A DNA stretch of 64,000 bases, taken from assembly GCA_963758635.1 (NCBI GenBank), contig CAVWWD010000005.1:1-64000 (forward strand), given 5' to 3'. The notes beneath the pieces were generated by a model. That model saw only the letters and a list, made by a program, of their open reading frames with translations, was not told the origin of the DNA and made no database searches. The translations under genes and the position numbers were made by a program. Shown here one piece after another: positions 1-10,108 of this stretch. Origin of the DNA: an uncultured Candidatus Rokubacteria bacterium. Its GTDB lineage: Bacteria; Methylomirabilota; Methylomirabilia; Rokubacteriales; CSP1-6. Each line of letters starts with the position of its first letter. The stretch's first letter is position 1.

Positions 1-1987
1 CCCAGCCGCCGCTCTTGGTGGAGCGGAACGGCGCGAAGAGGTCCCGCTGGAGGAAGTCCTTGGACATGCCGCGCCCGGTGTCGGTCACCGAGAGCACGGC
101 CCAGCCGGCCTCGGTGCACGTCCGGACCGTCACGGTGCCGGCGCCGGCGATGGCCTCGACGGCGTTGGTGACGAGGTTCTGGATCACCTTCAGGAGCGCG
201 TCGGGATCGCCGGGCACGAGCGGCACCTCGCCGAAGTCCTTCGTGACGCTCACGCGGCCGCCGCCGTCGATCGGGCGGGTCGCCTCCAGCGCGAGGGCGG
301 ACAGGTCCACCGATTCCACGCGAGCCGCCACCGCCTCCTGCCGGGACGTAAGCCGCGCGAGGAGCCCGCGCATCCGCTCCACCGTGCGCGACAGCGTCTT
401 GATCGCGTCACGCTGGAACTCCGGGTCGTCGAAGTGGGCGAGGGCGTTCTGGCTCAGGAGCGACAGCGCGGTGATGGAGTTCTTGAGGTCGTGGACGACG
501 AACGACGTCAGCCGGTGGAAGGCCTCGAACTCCCGCGCCTGGGCCACCGTCTCGGACAGGCGCGCCGTCACGATGGCGCCCGCCATCTGCTCGGCGACGG
601 TGGCGAAGAACTCCCGGTCCTCGAGGCCGTAGGCGGTCCCCGTCCGCTCGGGGCCGACGAGCATGAGCCCGGTGCACTGCCCGCGCCAGCGGATGGGCAC
701 GGCCACCGCGCCGTCGCCCAGGTGGGTCAGCAGGTCACGCTCGACCGTGCCCGTGCCGGGCGGCGGCCCCGCGTCGAGGACGAGGGGCTCCCCGGCCGCC
801 TGCGTCACGGCGATCAGGGCGCCCGCGCGATCGAGCGTGGCGGGCGCGCGATCCGCCTCCACCGCGCCGGCAAGGTGATAGTGGCCGTCCCGCGGGTCGG
901 CGAGGTAGAGGACGCCCTTGGCCGCGCCCGCCGCCTCGGTGATCAACACCAGCATCTCCGGGGCGAGCCGGTCGACCGACAGCTCGGATCCGATCCGGGT
1001 GGTGAAGCTGATCCACTGCTGGCGGTAGTCGTACTTCTCCCGGTAGAAGTGCATCCCGATGAACCGCCTGATCCGCCAGCGCACCGCCTCGGACAGCAGC
1101 ACGGCGGCCCCGGCCAGCGCCGACACGAACACGAGCAGCGATCCCCACAGGAGCTCCTCGGGGATGCCGAGGCGCTCGAGGAGCCAGCCGAGGCTGCCGA
1201 CGACGAGCAGGTAGATCCCGAGCGCCACCACGATCACCGAGCGGTACATGACCTGCCGGGAGACCGTGATCTCCATGTCGTCCAGGCGCGCGCGGGCGAG
1301 CGAGGCGACGATCACGAGGTTGCCGACGCAGAGCACGGCGGCCTCGGTGGAGAGGAACGCGGCCATGAGCACGTGGAAGAGCAGCACCTGGCTCAGAAAG
1401 TAGAAGCGGACCAGGAACACGCCGCCGAGGCCGAGCGCCAGGTACTTCACGCGCCAGCGGCTGTCACGGCGTGGCGTGCGCAGGCACGCCTCGAGGCCGG
1501 CGAGGATCACGATCATCGCCGGGATCTGGCCGATGACCCCGAGCAGCGCGACGCGGTCGAGGCGGGCGGCGTGGAACGGCGCCACGAGGTCCGGGACCTG
1601 GAAGGCCGGCGTCGTCACGAGGCCGACCACCCCGGCCAGCGCCACCGCGACCAGCCCGGCGAGCAGCCAGCGCGTGGCGGTGGACAGCCGCTCGCCGGCG
1701 GGATGACCGAGGGCGATCACGAAGAACGCCCACGGCAGCGGCACCACCAGCGCGGCCGCCTCCACGACGCGGAGCCAGAGCAGCCGGTCCTCCGGCTCCA
1801 CGCTGCCCACGGAGAGGACGTGCCGGGCCGCCGACTCCGCGGCGAAGGCGAGCATGCCGGCGGCGAAGCTCCAGTGCAGGCGCTCGCGCGGTCGCTGGAC
1901 AAGGGCCCACGCGGCGAGGACCAAACTGATCACGCCCGCGGCCACGAGGACCCAGCCGTGGAGCGGGCCGGCGAGGAGCGGCGTCAT
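1..1987 (-). CDS. prsK: PEP-CTERM system sensor histidine kinase (PrsK-like), 3' end runs off the window
   Basis: Manual minus-strand translation from ATG at 1987 (MTPLLAGPLHGWVLVAAG...). Multiple TM helices, HFYREKYDYRQQWISFT, GAF-like region, H-box FVVHDLKN followed by FDDPEFQRDAIKTL, and HATPase N/G boxes (NLVTNAVEA, DTGRGM). ATGA overlap with the upstream gene. Confidence 0.85.
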   Translation of the reverse strand, partial: MTPLLAGPLHGWVLVAAGVISLVLAAWALVQRPRERLHWSFAAGMLAFAAESAARHVLSVGSVEPEDRLLWLRVVEAAALVVPLPWAFFVIALGHPAGERLSTATRWLLAGLVAVALAGVVGLVTTPAFQVPDLVAPFHAARLDRVALLGVIGQIPAMIVILAGLEACLRTPRRDSRWRVKYLALGLGGVFLVRFYFLSQVLLFHVLMAAFLSTEAAVLCVGNLVIVASLARARLDDMEITVSRQVMYRSVIVVALGIYLLVVGSLGWLLERLGIPEELLWGSLLVFVSALAGAAVLLSEAVRWRIRRFIGMHFYREKYDYRQQWISFTTRIGSELSVDRLAPEMLVLITEAAGAAKGVLYLADPRDGHYHLAGAVEADRAPATLDRAGALIAVTQAAGEPLVLDAGPPPGTGTVERDLLTHLGDGAVAVPIRWRGQCTGLMLVGPERTGTAYGLEDREFFATVAEQMAGAIVTARLSETVAQAREFEAFHRLTSFVVHDLKNSITALSLLSQNALAHFDDPEFQRDAIKTLSRTVERMRGLLARLTSRQEAVAARVESVDLSALALEATRPIDGGGRVSVTKDFGEVPLVPGDPDALLKVIQNLVTNAVEAIAGAGTVTVRTCTEAGWAVLSVTDTGRGMSKDFLQRDLFAPFRSTKSGGW

Positions 1988-3381
1988 CGCGGGTCCCCGA
2001 CCGCCCCGACGAGGGCGCGGAACCGCTCGTCGGCCACGTGCGAGACGACCACCCGGCGCTTGCCGGAGGGCGGGCGCGGGATCGAGTCCAGCGCCTGCAC
2101 CTCGACGGCCGCGCCGCCGCCGAGGAGCCGGCGGAACCCGCGCTCGATGGCCTCCCGGACGGCGGCGGTGAACCCCGGCGCGGGCACGATGCTCACGCGG
2201 ACCAGGTCCAGCCGCTCCTGCACGACCTGGAACTCCCGGACCGCCCGCCAGATGGCCTCGTCCTCACGGAAGAGGTGGGAAACCACGCGGCCGTGGATGA
2301 CGCGGCCGTCCGCGGCGACCAGGAAATCGCTCCGGCGCCCCTCGACACGGCCCAGCCGGGGCAGCGCCCGGCCGCACGCGCACGGCGACTCGTCGAGGCC
2401 GCTGGCCACGTCCTCGATGCGGTAGCGGATGATCGGCAGCGCGCGCGAGTGGAGGTTCGTGATGACGAGCTCCCCCGCCTCGCCGTCCACCGCGGGGCCG
2501 GCGGGGAGCACCTCGACGAGCATGCCCTCGGCGTTGACGTGCAGGCCGCCCACCGGGCACTCGTTGGCCACGCAGCCGACCTCGCGCGCGCCGTACTCCA
2601 CCGACACCGGGCAGCCGAACACCGACTCCACGACGACGCGGTCGGCGTCGTCGAGGGGCTCGGCGGTCACGAAGATCGCCCGCGGCCAGCCGGGGTCGGG
2701 CCGCCAGCCCTGCGCCGCGAGATAGCGCGAGAGCAGCGCGATCGCGCTCGAGTAGGCGAAGATCTTCTCCGGCCGGTAGCGGGAGAGGAAGGCCGCGTGG
2801 CGCGCGAGGGCGTCCTCCCCCAGCTCGAACACCGTGATCAGCCGCGAGTTCAGGAGCCGGTCGCGGAGGCCGCGCAGGGTGTCCTGCTTCGTCGCCTCGA
2901 TGTGCGAGCCCCAGAGGGCCAGCTCGCGCCGGCCCACGTCGGCCCCGAACCAGCGATGCGCGCGCAGGCGGAAGGCGTCGCTCACGGCCAGCCGCGGCAT
3001 GTCCACCGGCACGCTCACGGTGGCGCCCGTCGACCCGCCGCTCGTCATGACCTGCACCCGGCCCACCCAGCTCCGCGGCGTGAGGTCGGCGGCGTGGGCG
3101 CGGATCACGTCCTTGGTCAGGAAGGGCAGGCGCCCGAGGTCGTCGAGCGACTCCACGCGCTCGGGGCGGAGCCCGTGCTCGTCGAGGAGGCGCGTGTAGT
3201 ACGGCACCTCGCGGTGGGCGAAGGCGAGGAGCTCCCGGAGCCGCCGGAGCTGGAGCTCGCGGAGCTCGTCACGGGACAGCCACTGGGTGCGCTCGGCCTC
3301 GCGCAGGGCGGCATGGGTGGGCTTGCCCTTGAGCCGCTCGTGCAGCGGGAAAATCACGCGGTTGACGAGGCGGGCATTCAC
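1984..3381 (-). CDS. Phenylacetate-CoA ligase family / CapK-like adenylate-forming enzyme
   Basis: LPFLTKD, TSGGSTG, YGAREVG, PIIRYRIED, EGRRSD and PSGK motifs; GTG start overlaps the upstream stop. Confidence 0.85.
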   Translation of the reverse strand: MNARLVNRVIFPLHERLKGKPTHAALREAERTQWLSRDELRELQLRRLRELLAFAHREVPYYTRLLDEHGLRPERVESLDDLGRLPFLTKDVIRAHAADLTPRSWVGRVQVMTSGGSTGATVSVPVDMPRLAVSDAFRLRAHRWFGADVGRRELALWGSHIEATKQDTLRGLRDRLLNSRLITVFELGEDALARHAAFLSRYRPEKIFAYSSAIALLSRYLAAQGWRPDPGWPRAIFVTAEPLDDADRVVVESVFGCPVSVEYGAREVGCVANECPVGGLHVNAEGMLVEVLPAGPAVDGEAGELVITNLHSRALPIIRYRIEDVASGLDESPCACGRALPRLGRVEGRRSDFLVAADGRVIHGRVVSHLFREDEAIWRAVREFQVVQERLDLVRVSIVPAPGFTAAVREAIERGFRRLLGGGAAVEVQALDSIPRPPSGKRRVVVSHVADERFRALVGAVGDPR

Positions 3382-4625
3382 GGCCGGGCGCCGCCACGCG
3401 GGGCGATGCCCGCCATGTCCGCGCGCGCCTCGGTCCCGCCGCCGGCCGGCGCGATCACGCTCCGGAACGTCTCGACCACGGTGGCGGCCACGCGGTCCCA
3501 CGAGTGCGCGGCGGCGTGGGCGACCATGGCGGGCGCGTCCCACGAGCGCGTCAGCGCGTCGCGGAGCGCGGCCCCCAGAGCCGCGTCGTCCGCGGGCGGG
3601 ACCAGGATCCCGAAGGCCGGGTCGGTGACGATCTCCGGCACGCCGCCGACGCGGGTGGCCACCACGGGCCGGCCGCACGCCAGGGCCTCGAGCAGCACGT
3701 TCGGCCAGCCCTCGGAGCGCGTGGCGAGGCAGAACACGTCGGCGGCGGCGAGCCAGAACGGGATCTCGTCGTGGGGACGCTCGCCCACGATCATGACGTG
3801 GCGCTCGAGGCCCAGCTCGCGCACCTGGCGCTCGAGCGCGGGGCGGCCCTCGTACCCGGGCAGCGAGATGCCGATGATCACGTGGAGCAGGTCGGGATGC
3901 GTCTTGATGACCTCGGGCAGCTGGCCGATCACGCGGTAGTGGCCCTTGTGGGCGCCGAGCGTGCCGACGGACAGCGTGATGGGCCGGTCGGCGGGCAGGT
4001 CGAGGGCCTGCCGCGCCGCCGCGCGATCGCGCGGGCGGAAGCGCTCGGTGTCCACACCATTCGGCACGACGCGGATCCGGGCCGGCGCGATCCCGAGCCC
4101 GGCGGCCACGTCACGCAGGAACCCGCTCACGGACAGGACGGCGGCGGCGTGGTCGAGGGCCCAGCGGAGCTGGGGCCGGTGCAGGCGATAGCGCGAGAGC
4201 CGCACGATGCTACCGCGCAGCGTGATCGTGACCGGGCAGCCGAACATCCGGCCGAGGAGCACCGCGGCCAGCCCGTCGGGGAAGGCGAAGTGCGCGTCGA
4301 TCACGTCGAACGGGAACGTCCGCCGGAGCGAGCGCAGGACCGGCAGGAGGGACAGGGCGTAGAAGACGCCGTCCAGCCACTTGCCGAACCGGGGGATCGA
4401 GAGCACGCGCGGGTGGAGCACCCGGAGCGGCCCCTGGACCTCCTCCCGCGGGATGGCCGCCCGCTCGCGCCCGCGGACGAAGCGGTCGAGCGGGAACCAC
4501 GCGACGGGGGCGACGACCACGACCTCCGCGTCGCGCGCGACCCGCCGCATCCGCTCCCGCACGAACACGCCGAAGGACGGCTGCACGGGGTTCGGGAAGA
4601 CCGTGCTCAGCACGAGGACTCGCAT
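3378..4625 (-). CDS. GT4 glycosyltransferase (TuaC-like)
   Basis: MRVLVLSTVFPNP, DAHFAFPDG, PNGVD, EGWPNVLLEALACG (EX7E). Confidence 0.88.
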   Translation of the reverse strand: MRVLVLSTVFPNPVQPSFGVFVRERMRRVARDAEVVVVAPVAWFPLDRFVRGRERAAIPREEVQGPLRVLHPRVLSIPRFGKWLDGVFYALSLLPVLRSLRRTFPFDVIDAHFAFPDGLAAVLLGRMFGCPVTITLRGSIVRLSRYRLHRPQLRWALDHAAAVLSVSGFLRDVAAGLGIAPARIRVVPNGVDTERFRPRDRAAARQALDLPADRPITLSVGTLGAHKGHYRVIGQLPEVIKTHPDLLHVIIGISLPGYEGRPALERQVRELGLERHVMIVGERPHDEIPFWLAAADVFCLATRSEGWPNVLLEALACGRPVVATRVGGVPEIVTDPAFGILVPPADDAALGAALRDALTRSWDAPAMVAHAAAHSWDRVAATVVETFRSVIAPAGGGTEARADMAGIAPRGGARP

Positions 4626-4642
4626 GGGGTGAGTCGCGTCCT

Positions 4643-5932
4643 TCACACGTGGGCGAGCGTGTCGCACGCGTCGGCGAAGGCCTGCGCGGCGCGCCCCCAG
4701 CTGAAGTTCTCCTCCACGAAGCGGCGGGCGGTGCGCTCGAGCCGCACGCGGCCCCCGCGGTCCTCGAGAAGCCCCACCACCGCCGCCGCGAAGTCATCCG
4801 GCTCCGTCGCGAGCAGGACGTGCTCGCCGTGGCGGAGCGGGAGGCCCTCGGCGCCGATTGGCGTCGACACCACCGCCTTGCCCATCGCCATCGCCTCGTA
4901 GAGCTTGATGCGCGTGCCCCCGCCGATCCGGAGCGGCACGGTGTAGACGGCGCTCTTCTCGATGAACGGCCGCACGTCTTCCACCCAGCCCGTGACGGTG
5001 ACCTCGGGGTGCCGGCCGAGACGCGCGCGGAGGTGACGCGACGGATTGCGCCCGACGACGGTGAGGGTGACCGAGGGCACCCGCGCCTTCACGCGGGGCA
5101 GGATCTGGTCGGCGAAGAAGATGATCGCGTCCTCGTTGGGCAGCCAGTCCATGGCCCCGGTGAAGATGAGGCTGGCGTCCGTCACGGGCGCCGGGGCGGG
5201 CCGGAAGTACTCCGTGTCCACGCCGGTGGGGATCGGGAAGACGTGGCGCACGCCGAACTCCTGCTGGAGAAGCTTGCCGTCCGTCTCCGAGACCACGACC
5301 ACGCCGGTGAAGCGGCGGCACGCGTGGGCCTCGTACCGCGTCATCTTGCGCCACTGGTCGCGCCAGAAGAGGCGGAGCAGGGGATTCCTCGCCGTCTCGA
5401 AGTGGCGCCGCATGATCTCGGACTCGACGTTGTGCTGGAAGAGCAGGGTGGGGTACCCGCTGATCCCGCGGAAGTTGATGCTGGGCTGGAGGAAGTCGCA
5501 GACGAGCAGGTCGTAGCGATTCGTCGCCGCCAGCTCCTCGAGCTTCGCCGCGAACGGGCGGGAGTAGTCGCCGATCACCGTCACCGGGTAGCGCGAGAGG
5601 GTCCGACGCAGCACGCTCCCGTAGAAGCGCGGCGTGTACTTGGGGACCTCGGTCCACGGCACCCCGTGGAACTCGTGGCAGAGGCGGCCCACCTCGCCGA
5701 GGTAGCGATCGTCCCGCGCGCGCTCCACGCTCGACACCAGCGTGATGTCGAAGGTGTCCTTGAGCTGCTCGAGGATCTTGCCCGTGCGGATCTTGCCGCC
5801 CGTGTCCATGGGCAGGAGGAACCGCTTGGAGGCGAACAGCACGCGCAGGCGCCGGCGTGGCGCGCGCGCCTCCGCGGCGGGCGGGCGCGGCCGGGGCACC
5901 TCGGGCTGCACGACGGCGCGGGCTCGACTCAC
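4643..5932 (-). CDS. GT4 glycosyltransferase
   Basis: PMDTGGKIRT, HNVES, PTGVD, FTGAMDWLPNEDA, GGGTRIKLYEAMAMG; GTG start overlaps the dehydrogenase stop. Confidence 0.85.
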   Translation of the reverse strand: MSRARAVVQPEVPRPRPPAAEARAPRRRLRVLFASKRFLLPMDTGGKIRTGKILEQLKDTFDITLVSSVERARDDRYLGEVGRLCHEFHGVPWTEVPKYTPRFYGSVLRRTLSRYPVTVIGDYSRPFAAKLEELAATNRYDLLVCDFLQPSINFRGISGYPTLLFQHNVESEIMRRHFETARNPLLRLFWRDQWRKMTRYEAHACRRFTGVVVVSETDGKLLQQEFGVRHVFPIPTGVDTEYFRPAPAPVTDASLIFTGAMDWLPNEDAIIFFADQILPRVKARVPSVTLTVVGRNPSRHLRARLGRHPEVTVTGWVEDVRPFIEKSAVYTVPLRIGGGTRIKLYEAMAMGKAVVSTPIGAEGLPLRHGEHVLLATEPDDFAAAVVGLLEDRGGRVRLERTARRFVEENFSWGRAAQAFADACDTLAHV

Positions 5933-7245
5933 CAGGAGATCCCCTCGTAGCGATGCCGCCCGACCGCCTCGGGCAGGGGCAGGCGGACCAGGTCGAAGAT
6001 CGTCTTGGTGCCGACGTGCGCGGCGAGCGCGGTGGAAAACTCCGGCGAGGCCTTGGCGACCACGATCACCTCCGAGACCTGCAGCACGTCGTCGATGTCC
6101 GCGGCGAGCAGCGCGCCGATGTGCGGCAGCTCGCGGTCGATGAACCGCTTGTTGGCGCCGAAGATGCGGGACAGGAGCACGTCCGGGTCGTACACCTTCA
6201 CCTGGCAGCCCTTGCCCACGAGCGTCTCGATCAGGGTCACGATCGGGCTCTCGCGGAGGTCGTCGGTGCCAGGCTTGAACGAGAGCCCGAGCACGCCCAC
6301 GCGCTTGTCCTTGGCGGCGAGGATGCGGTCGACCACGCGCTCCATCTGGACGCGGTTGGACTCGAGCACGGAGGCGAGCATCGGCACGGGCACATCGAGC
6401 TCGCGCGCCTTGTGGAGTACCGCGCGCAGGTCCTTGGGCAGGCACGGGCCCCCGAAGGCGAAGCCGGGCTTGAGGTAGGCCGGCGAGACGTTCAGCTTCC
6501 GGTCCATGGTGAACAGCTGCATCACCCGGTGGCTGTCGATCCCGAGGCCCTTGCAGAGCGCGCCGATCTCGTTGGCGAACGTCACCTTGAGGGCGTGGAA
6601 GTTGTTGCACGCGTACTTGACCAGCTCCGAGACCTCGTAGCTCGTCCGCTCCACCGGCGCCTCGATGCCCGCGTACATGCGGGCCACGGCGTCGCCGCCC
6701 CTCGTCGTCTCCGCTCCGATGATCACGAAGGGCGGGTGATAGAAATCGGCCACGGAACTGCCCTCACGGAGGAACTCCGGGTTCATGCACACGTCGAAGT
6801 CCATGTTGGCCTGCTTGCCCGACGCCGCCTCCAGGGCGGGGATCAGGGCCGTCCGGACGGTGCCCGGAAGGACGGTGCTTCGGAACACCACACAGTGGTA
6901 AGAATCTTTCCCTTTCAGGAGACCCCCGATCTGCTCGCTCACCGCCAGCACGGCGGCGAGATCGAGGCTCCCGTTGGCCTGGCTCGGGGTGCCCACGCAC
7001 ACCAGACTCAGCTCGGTCTCCTGGACGGCCCGCGTGGCGTCGGTCGTCGCCCGCAGCGCCCCACGGCTCACGGCCTGGGCCAGCATGTCCTCGATCCTGT
7101 CCTCGACAATGGGGCTTTTCCCAGCGTTGATCGTCGCGACCTTGTCGGCGCTGACGTCCACGCCGATGACGTTGTGACCTGACTCGGCCAGGCATGCAGC
7201 CGTGACACAACCCACATAGCCCATGCCGAAGACTGCGATATTCAT
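5929..7245 (-). CDS. UDP-glucose/GDP-mannose 6-dehydrogenase (AlgD-like)
   Basis: GMGYVG Rossmann motif, NPEFLREG, FGGPCLPKD with catalytic Cys, FKPGTDDLRESP. Confidence 0.92.
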   Translation of the reverse strand: MNIAVFGMGYVGCVTAACLAESGHNVIGVDVSADKVATINAGKSPIVEDRIEDMLAQAVSRGALRATTDATRAVQETELSLVCVGTPSQANGSLDLAAVLAVSEQIGGLLKGKDSYHCVVFRSTVLPGTVRTALIPALEAASGKQANMDFDVCMNPEFLREGSSVADFYHPPFVIIGAETTRGGDAVARMYAGIEAPVERTSYEVSELVKYACNNFHALKVTFANEIGALCKGLGIDSHRVMQLFTMDRKLNVSPAYLKPGFAFGGPCLPKDLRAVLHKARELDVPVPMLASVLESNRVQMERVVDRILAAKDKRVGVLGLSFKPGTDDLRESPIVTLIETLVGKGCQVKVYDPDVLLSRIFGANKRFIDRELPHIGALLAADIDDVLQVSEVIVVAKASPEFSTALAAHVGTKTIFDLVRLPLPEAVGRHRYEGISW

Positions 7246-7296
7246 TGAGCGATCCTCGCTGTTGTCGACAAATTAGACACCCGGGGAGGAACTTCG

Positions 7297-7312
7297 TGCA
7301 AGACCCGAGCCA
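7297..7312 (-). promoter_or_regulatory. sigma54 (-24/-12) promoter for the dehydrogenase-to-prsK sub-operon
   Basis: Minus strand reads TGGCTCGGGTCTTGCA (GG-N10-GC), about 50 bp upstream of the ATG at 7245. Confidence 0.7.
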
Positions 7313-7356
7313 TGGCACCCGCGCACGGGTCGCCATGCAGCGATTTCACGCGTAAG

Positions 7357-7462
7357 AGATTGTGACGGTAGGCGGACTTCGGACTTCGACCTCGCCGTGC
7401 GGGCCGACACCGCGATTCTGCGTCTGCGTACACACGCGGGACCGCCTCGCCATTCACGAGTC
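7357..7462 (+). repeat. Dispersed ~97-bp intergenic element, copy 1 (diverged, with two short internal duplications)
   Basis: Aligns by eye to 23338-23434 and to the reverse complement of 29980-30076. Confidence 0.7.
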
Positions 7463-7463
7463 G

Positions 7464-8193
7464 TTACGGGGGGGACGGCTCCGGGCTTCCGCGCCCCGAA
7501 GAGGAACGTGTGGGCGGCCAGCTCGGCCAGCCGTCGCGACCCCTCGAGGGCGCGCCCCATGGCGTGGGAGCCGAGCAGCCGGCCCAGGCCGGGCATGGCC
7601 CGGGGTGGCAGGCAGAGGGGCGTGACTTTGACGACGTGGAGGCCGCGGTCCTCCAGCCAACGGCACACCTCGCGCGGATCGTAGGTCCGCACGCGCGGAG
7701 GGTGCCAGGCGCGGGCCACCGCGCCGCGCCCGTTGAGCGTCTCGATCACCAGCGCGCCTCCGGGCCGGACCACGCGGACGATCTCGTCGAGCGCCCGCTC
7801 CGGTGACTCGAGCGCCTGCAGCACGCCGATGCACACCACGAGGTCGAAGGCGTCGCTGGCCACGGGGAGCGCGTAGGCCTCGCCCGAGACGTAGCGCCCG
7901 GCGCCGTCGGGATCGGCGTCCGCTGCGCGAGCCAGGCTGGGGAGCGAGTAGTCGAGGCCGATCGCTCGATGGCCGAGGCCGGCGAGCAGACGGACGTAGG
8001 TGCCGGCCCCGCAGCCCAGGTCGAGGGTCACCGCGCGTGCGGGAAGCTGGAGCGCGTCGAGCACCTTCCCGAAGCTCCGCACGCGCTGCCCGAGGCCCGC
8101 CGGCGACCAGCCCGACACCGAGGCGTCGTCGGCGTGCTTCCTGGCGAAGCGCTCAAAGCGCGTCCGCCACTCGGACTCGAAGGCCCCCGTCAC
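7464..8193 (-). CDS. Class I SAM-dependent methyltransferase (3' end uncertain)
   Basis: LDLGCGAG, GLDYS, FDLVV and RVVRPGG motifs. As sequenced the ORF reads to 7273; one fewer G in the G7 run near 7470 gives TAA at 7464-7466. Confidence 0.75.
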
Positions 8194-10106
8194 GGCCGGC
8201 CGCTGGGCGCCGGGCGCTGATCGATGAACGCGCGGTGCCAGAGCTCCAGCACGAGAAGGGCCCAGAGCTGGCCCGAGTGGTCGGAGACCCCGCGCTGGTG
8301 CTCGCTCCAGAGCTGGCGCACGCGGGCGGGCCGGAGGAGGCCGCGCCCGAGGGATGCCGCGGACAGGAGCACGTCCTCGCCCATGGGGCGCAGCTCGCCC
8401 CTGAGCCACGCGGCCACCGGGATCCGGAAGCCCTGCTTCGGCCGGTGGATGACCGAAGCCGGCACGCGGCCCTCGAGATAGCGCTTGAGCAGGTACTTCG
8501 ACGTGCCGCCGCGGTACTTGAGGGCGGACGGGACGGTGGCGGCGAACTCGATGACCTCGTGGTCCAGGAGGGGCGCGCGCACCTCGAGCGAGGTCGCCAT
8601 GCTCATCCGGTCGACCTTGACCAGGATGTCGTTGGCGAGCCAGCTCTTGAGGTCCACGTACAGGAGCTGGCTCAGCGGGTCGAGCGTCCGCACGCGCGCG
8701 AAGTGCCGGGACACGGCCTCGAAGGGATCGTAGGCGCCGATCTTCGTCTGGAGCTCGGGCGACAGGATCGCCGCGCGGTGGTCGGGCCGGAAGAGCGACA
8801 GGTCCTGAAAGTAGGCGCGCTCGAACGTGGTGCCGAGGTTCTGCAGCAGGTAGCGGGCGCGCAGCGGACGCGGCAGCCAGTCCGCCTTGGGCCAGACGCG
8901 GCCCAGGGGGCCGAGCACGCCGGCGCGGACGGGCGCGGGCAGCCAGCGACGAAGCCGGCCTTCCAGCCGATTGAGGCCGTAGCGGCGCTGGTAGCCCGCG
9001 AAGACCTCGTCGCCCCCGTCGCCCGACAGCGCGACGGTCACGCGCTCGCGCGCCGCACGTGACACGTAGTAGGTGGGCAGCGCCGACGAGTCGGCGAAGG
9101 GCTCGTCCAGGTGCCAGACCAGGCGCGGCAGGACGTCGGCGGCGTCGGCATGCACGCGCACCTCGTGGTGGTCGCTGCCCACCGCCCGCGCCACCGCCCG
9201 CGCGTGCTCCGCCTCGTCGAAGGCGCGCTCGCCGAACGACACGCTGGTCGTCACCACCGGGCGGTCGAGGAGCCGGCTCATCGCCTCCACCACCGCGCTC
9301 GAGTCCACGCCGCCGCTCAGGAAGGCGCCGAGCGGCACGTCGCTCATCAGCCGCCGGCGCACCGCGCCGGTGAACACCTCGGCGAAGGCCTCGAGGGTCT
9401 CGCCCTCGCTGCGCGACTCGTCCACGCGCCCCTGCGGGACGTCCCAGTACTCCGCGGTCCGGCAGTGTCCGCGCTCCCAGACCAGGTAGTGCGCGGGCGG
9501 GAGCTGGCTCACGCCGGCCACGATCGTGCGCGGGGCCTGGACGGCGCCGTAGGCGAAGAACTCGGAGAGCGCCTCGGGGTCGGTGTCACGCTTGATGCGC
9601 GGGTCGGCGAGGAGCGCCTTCAGCTCGGAGGCGAAGGCGAGACGGTCGCCGTCCTGCGTGTAGTAGAGGGGCTTCTTGCCGACGCGGTCGCGCGCGAGCA
9701 CGAGCCGGCGGCGTGGCTCGTCCCAGAGCGCGATCGTGAACATGCCAGCGAGGCGCGCGACGAAGGCGAGGCCCCACTCCTCGTAGGCGTGCACGATGGC
9801 CTCGGTGTCCGACCGCGTGGCGAACCGGTGCCCATGGGCCTCGAGGTCGTGGCGCAGCGCGGGGAAGTTGTAGATCTCGCCGTTCTGGATGACCGCAACC
9901 GTGCGGTCCTCGTTGTACATGGGCTGGTCGCCGGTGGAGAGGTCGATGATGCTCAGCCGCCGGTGCCCGAGCGCTGCGCCCGGCCACTCGGAGAGACCCT
10001 CGGCGTCCGGCCCGCGATGCGCCATCAGCGTGGTCATGCGGCGCAGGAGATCCCGGTCGACCGGATGGCCGCGGTCGGCGTGGACGATGCCGGCGATCCC
10101 GCACAT
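8190..10106 (-). CDS. asnB: Asparagine synthase (glutamine-hydrolysing)-like amidotransferase, copy 1
   Basis: MCGIAG Ntn Cys, HRGPD, GHRRLSIID, NGEIYN, FLSGGVDSS, SGDGGDE, KVDRMSM. Confidence 0.93.
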   Translation of the reverse strand: MCGIAGIVHADRGHPVDRDLLRRMTTLMAHRGPDAEGLSEWPGAALGHRRLSIIDLSTGDQPMYNEDRTVAVIQNGEIYNFPALRHDLEAHGHRFATRSDTEAIVHAYEEWGLAFVARLAGMFTIALWDEPRRRLVLARDRVGKKPLYYTQDGDRLAFASELKALLADPRIKRDTDPEALSEFFAYGAVQAPRTIVAGVSQLPPAHYLVWERGHCRTAEYWDVPQGRVDESRSEGETLEAFAEVFTGAVRRRLMSDVPLGAFLSGGVDSSAVVEAMSRLLDRPVVTTSVSFGERAFDEAEHARAVARAVGSDHHEVRVHADAADVLPRLVWHLDEPFADSSALPTYYVSRAARERVTVALSGDGGDEVFAGYQRRYGLNRLEGRLRRWLPAPVRAGVLGPLGRVWPKADWLPRPLRARYLLQNLGTTFERAYFQDLSLFRPDHRAAILSPELQTKIGAYDPFEAVSRHFARVRTLDPLSQLLYVDLKSWLANDILVKVDRMSMATSLEVRAPLLDHEVIEFAATVPSALKYRGGTSKYLLKRYLEGRVPASVIHRPKQGFRIPVAAWLRGELRPMGEDVLLSAASLGRGLLRPARVRQLWSEHQRGVSDHSGQLWALLVLELWHRAFIDQRPAPSGRP

Positions 10107-10108
10107 GG